Of a DNA stretch of 64,000 nt, positions 24,340 through 61,700 are shown one piece after another (the first letter of the stretch is position 1; every line of letters begins with the position of its first letter). Under the pieces are notes generated by a model. That model was given only the letters and a program-made list of their open reading frames with translations. It had not been told where the DNA came from and made no database searches. Position numbers and translations under genes: made by a program. The stretch comes from Tubiluchus corallicola. Its lineage: Eukaryota > Animalia > Priapulida. The DNA is taken from the NCBI GenBank assembly GCA_030141605.1, contig JAQGDQ010000026.1:682001-746000 (forward strand), given 5' to 3'.

Positions 24340-27300
24340 CATCTTACTTATTTTATTTACAGTCATGTCACTAGAACAGCAAACTTTAAAAGGCCACCGT
24401 TTCTACACCTCAATAAATAAATAATCTATAGCTATATACAGCAGGGAATGAACACAATATAAACAAGAAATAGGTCACTAGTTAAAATGTCAATAGCAAT
24501 ATGAGTCATAATTTATGAAAAGTGAAATAATGACCACGCCTACTGCATTTACCTGCCAAAAGAAACCACTTTTTAGAAAAAAATAAATAGGTAACAACAT
24601 TAACTGTTATTCTAATAACCATATTAGCCAAATCTAGTTAAGTTTTTAACGTTTGCATACTGAAGAATGTAGCTGCATTTTTGTCGTCGTACTTCATACA
24701 ACAGTTACAACAGTCAAGTTCATTATGCCAATTACCAATATTATCAAAATACAAATATATAACTGGTGTAATTGGCTGACCATCTAGCAGTTATAGGTAA
24801 ATGCCTCACAGACATTCGTGTGTTTAATCGGGCAGTGTTTTGAAATATGACCCAACCGTCACAATCGAAATAATGAATTTGTCCATGAATTATAATTAGG
24901 TATATGCGACACAACTTGGAGACACGACCTCACCTGTGTTTAAACTGACAGACGCAACATCTCAACTTTTTCCAGTTGCGTACAATCTCGCTAATTGAAT
25001 GCTTAAAGCCATGTTTTTATGCTTACAAAACAATCATTAACACATTCTCATACATCTTCACACATTTCTTACAATACACTCATAAGAGCACAATAATTTA
25101 GACATGTTTATGCACAAAGTCAAAATTTTATGCCCAGAAACACATTTGATAGGTGTTTTGTATTCCACAACTTGTGACAAGTTCCAATATCTACAAGACT
25201 TAGTGCTTATAATATACACACTCACAAAATCTTTTGAGCACTTGTGCTGAGAGACATACAAGTTTTTATGCTTGGAGATCATGTTGGAGATGTGACCTTA
25301 CAATGTTTATACTTTTCACATATTGTCACAAGTGCTATAATCTCGCAGAAATTCATACTCTCAACTAAGACCTCTCAAGTTCTTATGCTTCAGTACACAG
25401 TCATGCAAGTGTATTGGGAGACACATTGTCACAAATCAATTATGCTTATACACACAATAGCACAACTGCTGTGCTCTGCAAAGCCTATTTTTGTACTCAC
25501 AAGACAAAACATCACAAGCTGCTCAGAGAGATGAATCTCTCACGACATTACACATACAAACACACCCTGTCCCACAAGTGCTTACACTGATGCATTCTCA
25601 CTTGTGTTTATGCTCAGAAACACAACCCGACAGATTCATTACTGCAGATACAATTACAAATGCTTACATTCTTTCATATAGTCTCACAAGTGTTTGTGGC
25701 TTTATACAGTCTCACAAAGATTTATACTTGGAGACTTAACCTCTCAAATTCTCATGCCTATGACACAATCTCACAACTATCAATGTTGGAAACATGTTTT
25801 CATAAGTTCCTCACAGCCTTAACCATATTTATGCTCACAGGAAAACCTTGCAAGCTTTTATGCTCGGAAGCAATCACTTAAGTGTTTAAGCTCTAATGTG
25901 CTATTTCACAACTGAAAGATTTTAGCATATGCACAAGAATACAGTCTCACAGGTTTTCATGCTTGTACCTATGAGCATACAAATGTTTATGCCCTTTCAC
26001 ACCATTTCACAAGTATTCACTCTCACAATCTCAATCTCACACAGAGGCTCAAGCACACGTGGCCTAAACACTTTTGCTCCATTACGTGTGCAATCTTGTG
26101 TTTACCGTTACATACAGTCTCACATCAATTTGTACTTGCAGAATGAACCAACACGAGCTTTTATGCTTGGTTATACAGTCTCACAATTTCTCATGCTGGG
26201 AGAAACATAATCACGTTCACATGTTCAGGTACACAGTCTTACAAGTTGTCACTTACATAAACGAGAACATATCAGTGTTCATGCTCAGGCAAAATCTTAC
26301 AAGCTTTTACAATCCGAGACAGTCTCACAAGTGTTTATGTTCAGAATCATATTGTCATGTTTTTAAAAGATGATTATGCTAAAGATGATGAACGTGTTGC
26401 AGATGACGTAGATTATTTGGACCATTAATTAATATGAATTATGAAAATGGCAGTTAACATTGAGTATTTCCTCAACACCATAACTCAAAGGCAGGGCTAA
26501 CATGAAGTCTGCATTTTCCCAATGAACATTCCGGAGATTTAGAACCGTAGAACCTATTTATGGTGCTACAAAAAAGTTAAGTTTTTAGTAAACATCACAC
26601 AGAATTGTTACTGTTTGAAGAATGTTAGTAGAAATGGATAATTTTACGTGTGCTCTGTCTATATACTTAATACTATGACAAGTTAGAATTACATGCTTAT
26701 ATCACAGCCACAATATGTACATTGAAACATTCTAGCCAATGCTCCATGCTCATGAACTTTTCGAAATAATCACATTGCTACTAAAACTTGTCACAAACAT
26801 TACTGCATCCTAAACTGTACAACAACACTGTATGTGTTAAAGTAAATAATATGCTACCTCAAATGTTTCAGTGTGCAGATAATAAATGTCTACAAGAAAC
26901 TACCTATGCAAGACCAGTGCTACCCAACAATAGTGGCTTAATCTTTCATGGCTTAATGTTCTAAAAAACCATGAATTCGTCAAAGGAAAAAATAATTATA
27001 CTGTTATTAAGTTATTTACAAAAGTCTTAAATGAACCTCTATTTCAGCAATGAGCTAGGACAATTATAGACCTGTGTTAAGAGATTTGTAAGAATGTCCA
27101 CTATGACTACATCAGGGAATACAATTTCTTCTCACACAAGATGAATGTACATTCACCTGTTTAAATCAACCTGTACAAGAAGCACTATTTACAAAAATTA
27201 ATTAAATTACATTGTCACATTTACTATCAGCATCGCAAAACGATCATAACCAGTCAAGCTACATGACCCTTGGATAAAATTCTATTTAGACATCAGAAAT

Positions 27301-28583
27301 CTCACAGCTTTTTCCACTGTTACAACTTTTGTTATACTATTAGTTCCACTGGATAAACAAATTTAGCATACATTTTAGATTTAAACTTCAGGTAACATAT
27401 ATGAAAAAGAGGTATTTTTTCATATCTTCTTATCAGTTAGATATACTGCACAAGAAAGTCTCAGGAAAGTTAATGATGCCAAGCACGTCTCTCTGAAATT
27501 AGTTAAACTGTTTGGGAACCAATGCAGTGGATAGGAATAAATAACCAGTGGCATGCAGTGGCTTGTAGAACAATGCATGCAACAACAGCAGTCTGGGTGG
27601 GCACTGTGTGCTCTACTGGTTGTCCAGGCACAATCTGTTTTTGAGCTTTTGGGGGCCAATTTCGGGCCATGTTAGAACTACTGAGACTTGCGTGGATCCA
27701 GCCGCAAACTCATTATTATTTAAATGTTACTGACTGACTAAAGACAAAAGCCTATTTTACTAATAGAAATTATTTCGCATTTTTTGATAAATTAGAAGAT
27801 ATCCATTGCATGCATGCAGGCCACTGGAAATTATACAAAGATTCTAGTAGCAGACATTTTGTGTAAAGTGAAAAAATGGTAAAAGTAGACGAGCACTTTC
27901 AGCTGCATCTGAAACAATACATTGTGTAATCTCATTACAGGTTGCTAGTCAGGAGGTAGAGATATAGGTAGTATCTAGTTTCAGACATACACCAAGCTGG
28001 TGTAGTTCTAACATGTTCCACATAGCACATGTGGTTCTAATATTTGCAACCTCCATTCATTTTAACTTAAAGACTTAGCTTTCAGTAATCAGCATTTTCC
28101 AAAACAATGCCCTGTAACTGAATGGAAACGAACCAGTTGTACAAAACATGTATAAAAATTTTTTTGTGAGCCAAAGACAAAAAGATGATCTGTAACTAAT
28201 GAAAGCACCAAATATTAATAAACTGTATGTTAAAACTAACATCAATTGTATGTTCTTTCTGTTCCGTTTCTGTTCAACGATCCACTGCAGACACAGTTAT
28301 TTAACAAATTACACCTGATTCGAGATACTTTTTCAATTTTTACATGAAAGACGTACAAGAAAATAGCAATCTCCTTGTGTGCAAATGCTTCTCCACGTGT
28401 GTATGTGTCAAATATAATTACTAGTACCTACAACTAGTGTAAAACAGAACATGACACAAATACACAAGTCCTCATGACCGCTGATCTTAACAACCTTTCT
28501 TCCATTAACAGGTACAGACATGTGTAATTTAAATAACAGATCTTTGTAAAAATCGTATTTACACAACATTTGTTCACCACACA
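24340..28583 (-). other. Putative long CRIM1 3' UTR ending near the AATAAA at 24352-24357
   Basis: Follows the stop codon; no recognisable coding exons; several UGUAHAUA elements on the minus strand; candidate AATAAA about 1 kb before the next gene's presumed promoter. The true 3' end is not established. Confidence 0.4.
24910..26380. repeat. Highly degenerate ~28-30-bp minisatellite (consensus about ACAGTCTCACAAGTGTTTATGCTCAGAG)
   Basis: The core CAGTCTCACAA..TTTATGCT recurs, e.g. near 25680, 25706, 25941, 26114, 26175 and 26320. Confidence 0.8.
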
Positions 28584-52768
<24,185 letters not shown>

Positions 52769-55700
52769 CTGTAAAACAAAACATAAAATGAAAATTAAAA
52801 AGCTTAATCATTTTCTTCAGGAAGCCTTTTCGGTTAGTTTATAGTATACCAACCTGCATGGCAACCTGGCACAATGCATCTTTGCCAATACAGAATTATA
52901 TTCAGAAACTGCAGAAGAACTATTAAAGTTCCACATGTTCTAATTATCAATGTTCGAGAGTGATGGTACAAACATTTTTTCAGTACTCCATCGTACAATT
53001 ATGATGAAACTCAGAATTTACAACATTAAGAATCGGGCATCTTTAATAAAATATTGGCGGAAAAAAATTGGTTTGGTTTCGGCACATGCCAGTCATTAAT
53101 AAATTTAAAAAATATGTCCACGTAACGATTAGACAAAGGTATGTGACATCATAACTTAATCATTTGGTTATGCGGCATGTATTACCCCGCATCATGATCT
53201 GCATGTTGGCAATTTACCAATAGCGATGCGATTTATGAATTGGGGAAGCCAGTCAGTTCAAACTCCAAACATATTCCAAAACATGACGGGCAGTCAATTC
53301 GCAAGATCCTTAAAGTAATGATACCCAACAGACCAATATGGCAAGGCTAGTCAATTGGCTGAATTAGAAACACGTGCACAGCTCGTGTAGTAGGGCAGTT
53401 GTGGACAGATTAACATCGTTGTCCCACTATTAAGTCGTAACAGCCATGCTGATATGCTGACCAGTTTACAATCTTGTACTATTTTGTATTTGGAGATGAA
53501 TGAGAAGTCCCAAGTAGGGGGGGGGGTCTATACAACACTTCAAGTTCTAAAAAAATTAGCAATAAGTATTCTCAGTATACTTAACAGAGTCAACTACAAC
53601 TGCAGTATATAGGACACATTTAGCAGCAGGCAGAACATAAATGTACGTATATAATGTAAGTATCTGTTGCTGCAAGGCAAGTGTTGTGAGTCATTCTAAT
53701 AGTAAACAAGAGTGTAAAATGTCAGTGTTTTGCCCCATGGGGCTAATAATAATAGTTTTTCCGTTAAAACGTGATCGTCAGTCGTGATTTTTGCCACCTT
53801 GTAACATAACATGGTGTCCACGCAGGAGGTCTGCACTCTTTTATTATAGTATTGCTTTCTGTAGTCCAAATCTTACAGAATTTTATTAACATTAAGAAGT
53901 AAAACGCACAATCATGCTGGTACAGTTCCGCAAAATCTAACTGTTTATTCGCTATTATGTCAGTTGCCATTTTTTCCAGTTACATCATTTTTAGGGTTTG
54001 GCATGCTGTGAAATTTTGAAACTTTGTCTTACACACATATATTGAGCATCGATTGGAGTCCTACTGAGAACATATAGTAATAAACTACGAAATGCCACAA
54101 GTGGCTTCTCCTGGATCTACATTTGCTCAAGTACACAAATCATCAGGGACTCATTTACATAAAAAATCTAGTCATGGATTCAATTGTATGGCAGTATATT
54201 CTGGAAAATACGGGATCTGTTCTGGAACTGAATCTTTACTAAACTGAGCGGAATAAACATTTACCTCCTCAAATTTAAAACGTTTTGATTCAGTGTTTCA
54301 AGTATGTGTGAGTTTCATTATGATTCTATACATTCAAATAGCTCACAAAATGAAGGTCCGACAAAACGAATCTGTTTCTGAAAATAAGCATTTAGAACTA
54401 GTAATAAACTTGTATTTGAGCTAAAAACGAACACTGATGACGTCTTCCCCACAATTTGAAATGGTTAAGTTAGTATAAGTGGGGCATAGTCAGCGCATAT
54501 CATAAAAACATCGCTACAACTCATTTATCACCAACATCTGTATTAGTGGGCAGTTAAGACTAATCGACACCATGCCATTCGGACCATCCACAGCTAGGTT
54601 GCTAACTAGGCTGTCATGCCTTAAGATGCAGTAAACGCGATGGAAAATGTTCAAATTTCTGCACTGCATCAGTGTCATAAAATCGTTCAATCCTTAACGC
54701 CATTACATAGAAAAACTTTAAAATGACAAAAACGCAACAAAAATAATTAACGAAAAATCTCACAGTAAGAAAACTGAAAAAAGCACTTTCTCTTTTTTCG
54801 CTATGATACATTTTAGTTCTCTTGTCGATTTTGAGCCTCATTTCTTCTTGTTTTGAAGACTTTCTAAAATTCTTCACTTAATCCGAAATAAAGGTACAAG
54901 ATGCAGGTTGTGAGACAAGCTCATTCGATGAAAAATGTGACAAGCGATGACCTTAGCTATTAGGCTAACATGGTTTCTACGTTTTGGTGTATTTAAAATT
55001 TTAAATGCTCAAGACACTTGAATAGTTTTTGGATAAATTTTAATAAAATCTGGTGCAATGCAGCATTCATAACCTTGAACTCGTGGCGTTGTGTAGCATT
55101 CTAGTTCAAAGTTCATATGGCAATGAGTTCATATGGCATATGGCATATGGCAATCTTGTATGAGGGAGTACCCTGGGCCCAGAGGAACCTAGACATTCAG
55201 GTAACATCTATGACCTTTAATAATACTCAGTATAAAGCTTCAAAATGCTAAGTGATAATAAAAAGGAAACGTTTTATATACAACATCTCAGCCCTGCCAT
55301 CTCCTGTATTCGATCTATAACGCGCTTTCAGAAAAAATTGCACTTCTACCGTACAGTGGGCCAAACTCTGTTGTTGTAGGTATTGTTTTTTCGATACTAA
55401 TACAACTAAAACTGCAAAATCTCAAGGTTTCATTCTTATGTTTTTACTGAACGGAAACCTTCTGTTTTAAATTACCAGCCTGTTAGTTTCTTACAAACTG
55501 TCAACGGCTTCCTTTCTTGTGTATTTTTGTCGAAGAGAATCAAGTAAGAGGTGCGAGTCTAATAAAGACAAATGAGCGATCTCGTGAATGTAAATGAGCT
55601 TGCGCAATTGGCTTACTTAGTAAGAGATTTTTGCAGTTTATAGGGAGAAGTTAAAATTAACTGACTCATTAATTATAAGAGAAAAGAAAAAAGGTAAAGA

Positions 55701-58700
55701 CTCTGCTCCCACTAGTCTCCCTGCCTATCTCTCATACTATAGTGAAACGAAATTTCAAACAAAAAATATTATTCTCAGGTGAAGAACAGTGAATATAATT
55801 TACCATGACAGAATAAAACAAAGCCTGAAGTGCAGATGCAGAGAAAACAAGTGAAGACTGCAGAATAATTACTCAAATAGAACATCAAAGGTGTCCGACT
55901 TGCTTTCGTGCTTTAAGCTTTTAGGCAATCGATTGCGTGATAGAATCGATTAAGACTTAAAACACACAAGACTAAACAAAAATAAGATAGGATTAAAGCA
56001 TAATAAATTACAACAATAATCTACCATTGTATGAAGCACCTCGAGCAACAGTGCCGAATTTTATATATATCCCATCCTGTATTTATTTCTAGAATATCAT
56101 TATAATTATAAGAATAACATCTCACTCAAAATCACGCTCGTTATAAAAATTTAGTTTTCATGCCCTTGTAATGTAGATCAATTTAATCACGCACTACTGC
56201 CTCTGAAAACATCGTTTTTGTAAATCTATAAAAACCACGTTAAATGCATGTTGCACTTTGAAAAAGTTACGGTTTTTAATTCTTCTAAGGTCCCTCCACT
56301 TTCCTAACGTAAAGCGTACTTTAATCTCTCAGCAGATATTACTCATACCTCAGATGAGCTATTGGTACTATTAGTTTACAAAGGCGTCTGTCTTCAGTTA
56401 CTCATAATGACTAAAATCACCGCTTCAGAATTTTTTTTATAGCAACCGAAATTAGTGGCTTCAATTTTCTCACTTCGGTTACATGTTATATTTCAAAGCA
56501 CTTGTTTAATTCTTGCCATGGCTATAATTGTCAACATTATAGTGTTCGATTACCAAACTAAAAAGCATTTGCTATTATTAATCGCAGTGGCCACATCAAA
56601 GAAAACCTTGAAATTTGAACTGCTGTCGCCTGGATGAGATGCAAGGTCTGTGGTGGTTAGCTGAAACATTAGTATGCCCAACCACTCACAACAGATTAAA
56701 ATGAATAAGACATGCATGAACTTTAATAAAACATTGATTTTTTTTCGTAACATAGTTTGAATGCATTAACCTATCAAACATTCATTAAATGTATTAATAT
56801 ATAATTATAAAGTGGAGGATGAGCCAGCGACATTTTACCAATTGGCACGAACATTTTAAATTATTATTTCTAGTTACGTAAGTCTTTCTAGTAGGTAAGC
56901 GAAATGCTAAGTAAAATAGATTCGAATGAAAGGTTTATTGGGACATAATTTAACATTGCCTTTTCTTCCCCTCATTTACGTTTGCGTAGGGTGACGCCAT
57001 GTAATGGCGCGCCGTCGGACCAGCATTGCGGAAGATTTAAAATAAAAACAAACAACTTTTAACACCAGTGCGACATATGCATAAAATTGCTGTAAAGTAA
57101 TATAATTTTTATGGCTGTTTTTTCTGAAACCTACTTCAGGCACCCCTTTTCTTGTCCTTTAATACATTTCAATGTTCTAGACGCCAGTACTCAAAGACAG
57201 TGTTTACTTATTATGATGGCAGTTGGGGCGGAACCAGAAAATTCTTTAACGACCTATAACGCTAATTCCGCTGCGTAGAAAGGAAGATAAAACCACTTCG
57301 AAACAGTTTTCATGGTGACCACTCATCTACTTGCTAGCAAGGTTCGTTGCTGCTTATGTCTGAGCAGACCGAGAGCACATAATGCCAACTGTACAATATT
57401 TCTACTGATTTCTACACACCCATTCATTACCACGAATTTAGAAAAATAGTTAGTTGCACAGTTAAATCCGTAAGATGAGAAGAAAAATATATTAAAAATA
57501 AACAACAGGTGTTTGTGCGAAATGAATATCGAAGTAAAACAACTATAAGTTCTTTGATGTTGAATTTTTGTAAAAACCCATAATAAAATTAACGTACTCT
57601 GAAACTAAATGTACAACTCAATTTCACGTATAACTCTCTCACTCTTTACGCGAGATTTATGTAACTGGCTCGCGTAGATTATGCATTTATACTTTAGCCC
57701 TGTGACCTGCATCACAAGACTGTATGACATGATATGATACGGTAAGAAGAGGCTAAAATGGCTAACTACTGATAATTTTTCAAAACTATTTGTTCAATTA
57801 ACGGACAGTCAGGCGCAACATATGGCAATAAACGTGAAATGAATTACCTAATGAAAAGCTTTCTGAAAAAACGGCAATGGTGCCCTGAAAAACAGACACT
57901 TCTAATTCAGTCAATGATTTGTTGGAAATAACAAGTATTTGCACTTGGATTGCAGTGCACAAATATTGGACCAATAAGCAAAATTACTACGTGTGTTTAA
58001 TGGGAGAGGAAAGCAAATATTATAATTACTGATCTACAGATTGCATACACACACACACACAGTCTGTCTCTGTAAACTATTAAATTGATATATTGACTGG
58101 ATATTTACCAAACATACAGTCATTGAAATGCGTAATCTATGTTTGATACAAAGCAAACATTTTTTTTCAATCCATAAATTTGTAAAAAATACAGTTACAA
58201 TCCGAACGCCTGGATATTTTGATAAGATTAGATTATTACTAAATTGCCTATAGGTTTCATCAATTCTAGGCCGCAAACGCCTAACAGTTAAACATCATGG
58301 CTAACAAATTATCTGATATAGACAAATGATCTCGCGACTTCTGACCTTACCCTGAGGACATGAGAATAATTTAACTCATTTGTAACTGTAATGGTTTTAG
58401 TCAATGCATTTGTAATGGACTGGGCACACAGAGATATTTTACAGAAGCTTAAAGCAATTTGCACCACAACAATTTAGCAATAAATTAAGCAGCCTAGGCA
58501 GCTTCTGGCCATAGCGTCTTTCTTAGGCTGTAAATCAACGTCCATCTGTTACTAATTATGTGCTAACTATAGAATACTATAAATATTAGTATTGAAGTTT
58601 GTACCAGAACTTCCCAACAAGCGAAATAAAGACAATTTCTTATTAGTAAACGCTTTCTGCTCTCCTCGCCATAAAAATGACAATTTGTTTGATATGATGC

Positions 58701-61700
58701 ATAATTAAATAATATAGCATGTTAGACTATTAAAGAAATGGTACTTGACAAAACTAAAAATCTGAACTTGATAAATGCATATTGAAATCATTATGGCGAC
58801 GCTCAAAGACAAGCCATTTTAATATAAAGACGACAGCCAATGGCACTATCCTCGATCTTCTTGATCTTCAACCTTTATCACCTTTGGATGTGTCACCTCC
58901 TTATTCAGGTCAGCTCGACAGGACATCAGTAACCACACATCGTAAAAATTATGGCAAGTTTCACAACAGTACATGTACAATTAGTGTTAACACAGACTCA
59001 CAGGCAAAATTCAAATTAATTCTTTAAGTAATTTGACTGAATACTGCCAATAATATTTTAGAGGCCACTATAGTATACATCATTTTACTCAGATTTATCA
59101 GAAAATACTGAAACTCTTGTGCTAGAAAACTTAAAACCAATTGCCATAGAAGATAAAATACGTTCCTTCTGATCTTACTAACGTAGGTTAGGGTTCCCAA
59201 AACACAAGCAATAAACTCGCAATGCATTAGCTGAAAAGATATAAAGTGAACGTTACTGAAGTACTGGGTCATCGTGCGCATCTAAAATGATGTCCAGACA
59301 AATCTGCAGTGAGCGTTTTACTACATATATGTATTTACAATGTGTGAAGAAGTGTGACATTGAACTGTTTTTGTACATTACATAAATGATAAAGTGCAAC
59401 ACTCAATACTGACTGACTACCACCACGGAATGATGGAATGCAGACATGTAACGCATGAACAGCTCCTTCACTTAAAAGCAGTCGAGAAAAAATTTGGAAT
59501 TTGAACATTACGTAACCTTATCACAATATTTACAATACATCCGAGTATGTGTAAATACTACTAATGTATAAGGCAGGTTCGATAATGATTTAACCAATGC
59601 ACTACATAACATATGTGTGACCCTACAAGCTTGTAAAATGCCATTTCCAAATAATTCTAAAGGAATTTTAGATAAGCTCACTTTCATGGACGTTTCATGA
59701 ACAAAATAAAATGCATACGTATTACGTAAAGATGGTGAATAATTTTTAGTAACAGTAGTTCTTTGGAAATAAGCACAAAACATGTTTTTGCATTTTATCA
59801 AAAACTACTGTTGCAGTAATACTGCAAGTAAAGTATGAATTAAATAATAAATAATATTAACACAGATTATCAAATAGGATTGTAACTTAGAGCAACGATT
59901 TGACAGTACTGATACATACTAGGTTTGTGTTCTTTTTAGAGAAATGTGCTTCCCGACTTGTAGTTCTTTAAAATTACCACTTATAGGAAACTGTCAGAGT
60001 AAACATTGAAAAGAAATTTAAGCCCAATAAGGAGACGTCCTTGCATACATTCAGGAATACTCCCAAAGCGGAGCTGTAGTTCTCCTCACATTTCTCCGGC
60101 ATTTACAACTCCGGCACCTGAACCGCGACCTTGTCATTATTGACAATTGACACGCTTTTACATGCGCATTAAATGATGCCGCATGGCCTAATATACTTGA
60201 ACCTTAATGATTAATTTGATGACACGATGTGTGACAATGTAAAAAGCCATGCACGTACTAATGTTCATTATAATGACGCTTAAAAGTGGCAGCTAGAATC
60301 AACCAGACAACTTTTTAATGCCACGTAGGTGTGATAACATGCCTGTAGGGCGCGTGCATGAAGCGTACGGAAGAAAATGTGCTTGCTTTTTGTCCGTCTC
60401 GATTTTAACGTCATCATTCTCTAGAAAAAGCACGAGAAGGGACGAAGCACACTTGGGCGTCCAGTGCTATTAACTAAGCTGCGTTTGTAACTGACATTCC
60501 TAAAATTTTTCTGTCAGCTCAATTTTGACGTAACAACTTGAAATAGGCAGTACTGGTAACAATTCAGTATGTGCCTTTGGGAGGGGCTGATGGCGAAATT
60601 CTAATGCAGTATTTTATTAGAGGTGTACCACGCAGGGCTGCATGCCATCACGCAATACCAACATTAACCTTGAATCTAACATGAAGAAAACAAAGGAAGG
60701 TTTGCTGGTAAAAACTATTCTATCGGTGTTCATAAATGCATGAATTTCTGAAATGTGCAGTACTTTAATAAAAATGTAAAAAAGAAAACATTTTCAACAC
60801 ATATACCAGAAACTGGTGCGCAAAAGTATATGTAGCAGATTTTATTACATTATTTCACATCAACCATATTCGTACGAAAACCATACACCCAGAGACAAAA
60901 AGACATTCTGTATGGTATTGCCACAAAAAATTTTATTTTTCTTTATTTTAATTTATTTTATTTTATTCTATTGCACAAACTTTAATACAGAAGTACAAAA
61001 TTTTAGTACAAATATTAATATATAATACTATTTTACAAAAATAGGCCCTACAATACACGAATTTCGTATGACCAGTGTATGTATGAGCAGATATATATGT
61101 ATAACGTTTCACATTAATATCCATCTTCTCGTACTATTGCGTACACGTCTTTCTGTACACGTAGGTTATACGAGCACGTACGTGCAATATTCATTTGTTA
61201 ATTTTATTGAATAAATTATGCTGAGAAATATAAGCCTTTAATTGTTTTCTAAATTATGTGGTGCAACAACATTGTGGGCCTAAATGAATTCTGCTAACAA
61301 GTGAAAGATCGATTAACCACGATTAACAGACACACACGCCACCCTAAAAAAAACTCACAACCACTAACCAGTAGGTCAGACAAGAAAAACATCACAAGAA
61401 TTTTTCTCTTACTCCAAAAACAGGCGCCGAGATGTTCTTATGAAACCGCATTCTTTTAGCCACTTAACAAAGTAACCAAGTTGCAAGCAATGATGTAGGA
61501 GAGGTGCAACCGTGCAACTCCCCAAGCCTAGTGTTTTGAGGTGTCTCAAGGCCACGCAGAATGAAAAATTGATTCAGTTGAGTTGGCGTTTGCGAGACAG
61601 GTGTATGCCCTCTTCATTTCTTTTCCTCTGACAAGCCAAAGAGAAGTGACAGCTAGAAAAATGTATTTACTCAGCGAGTCTCCTCCTCACGTGAAAGTGC

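Noticed and set aside
24910-26380. CRISPR-like array or repetitive coding exon
   Set aside because: Eukaryotic context, contiguous diverged units with no unique spacers, no cas genes and no sustained reading frame.
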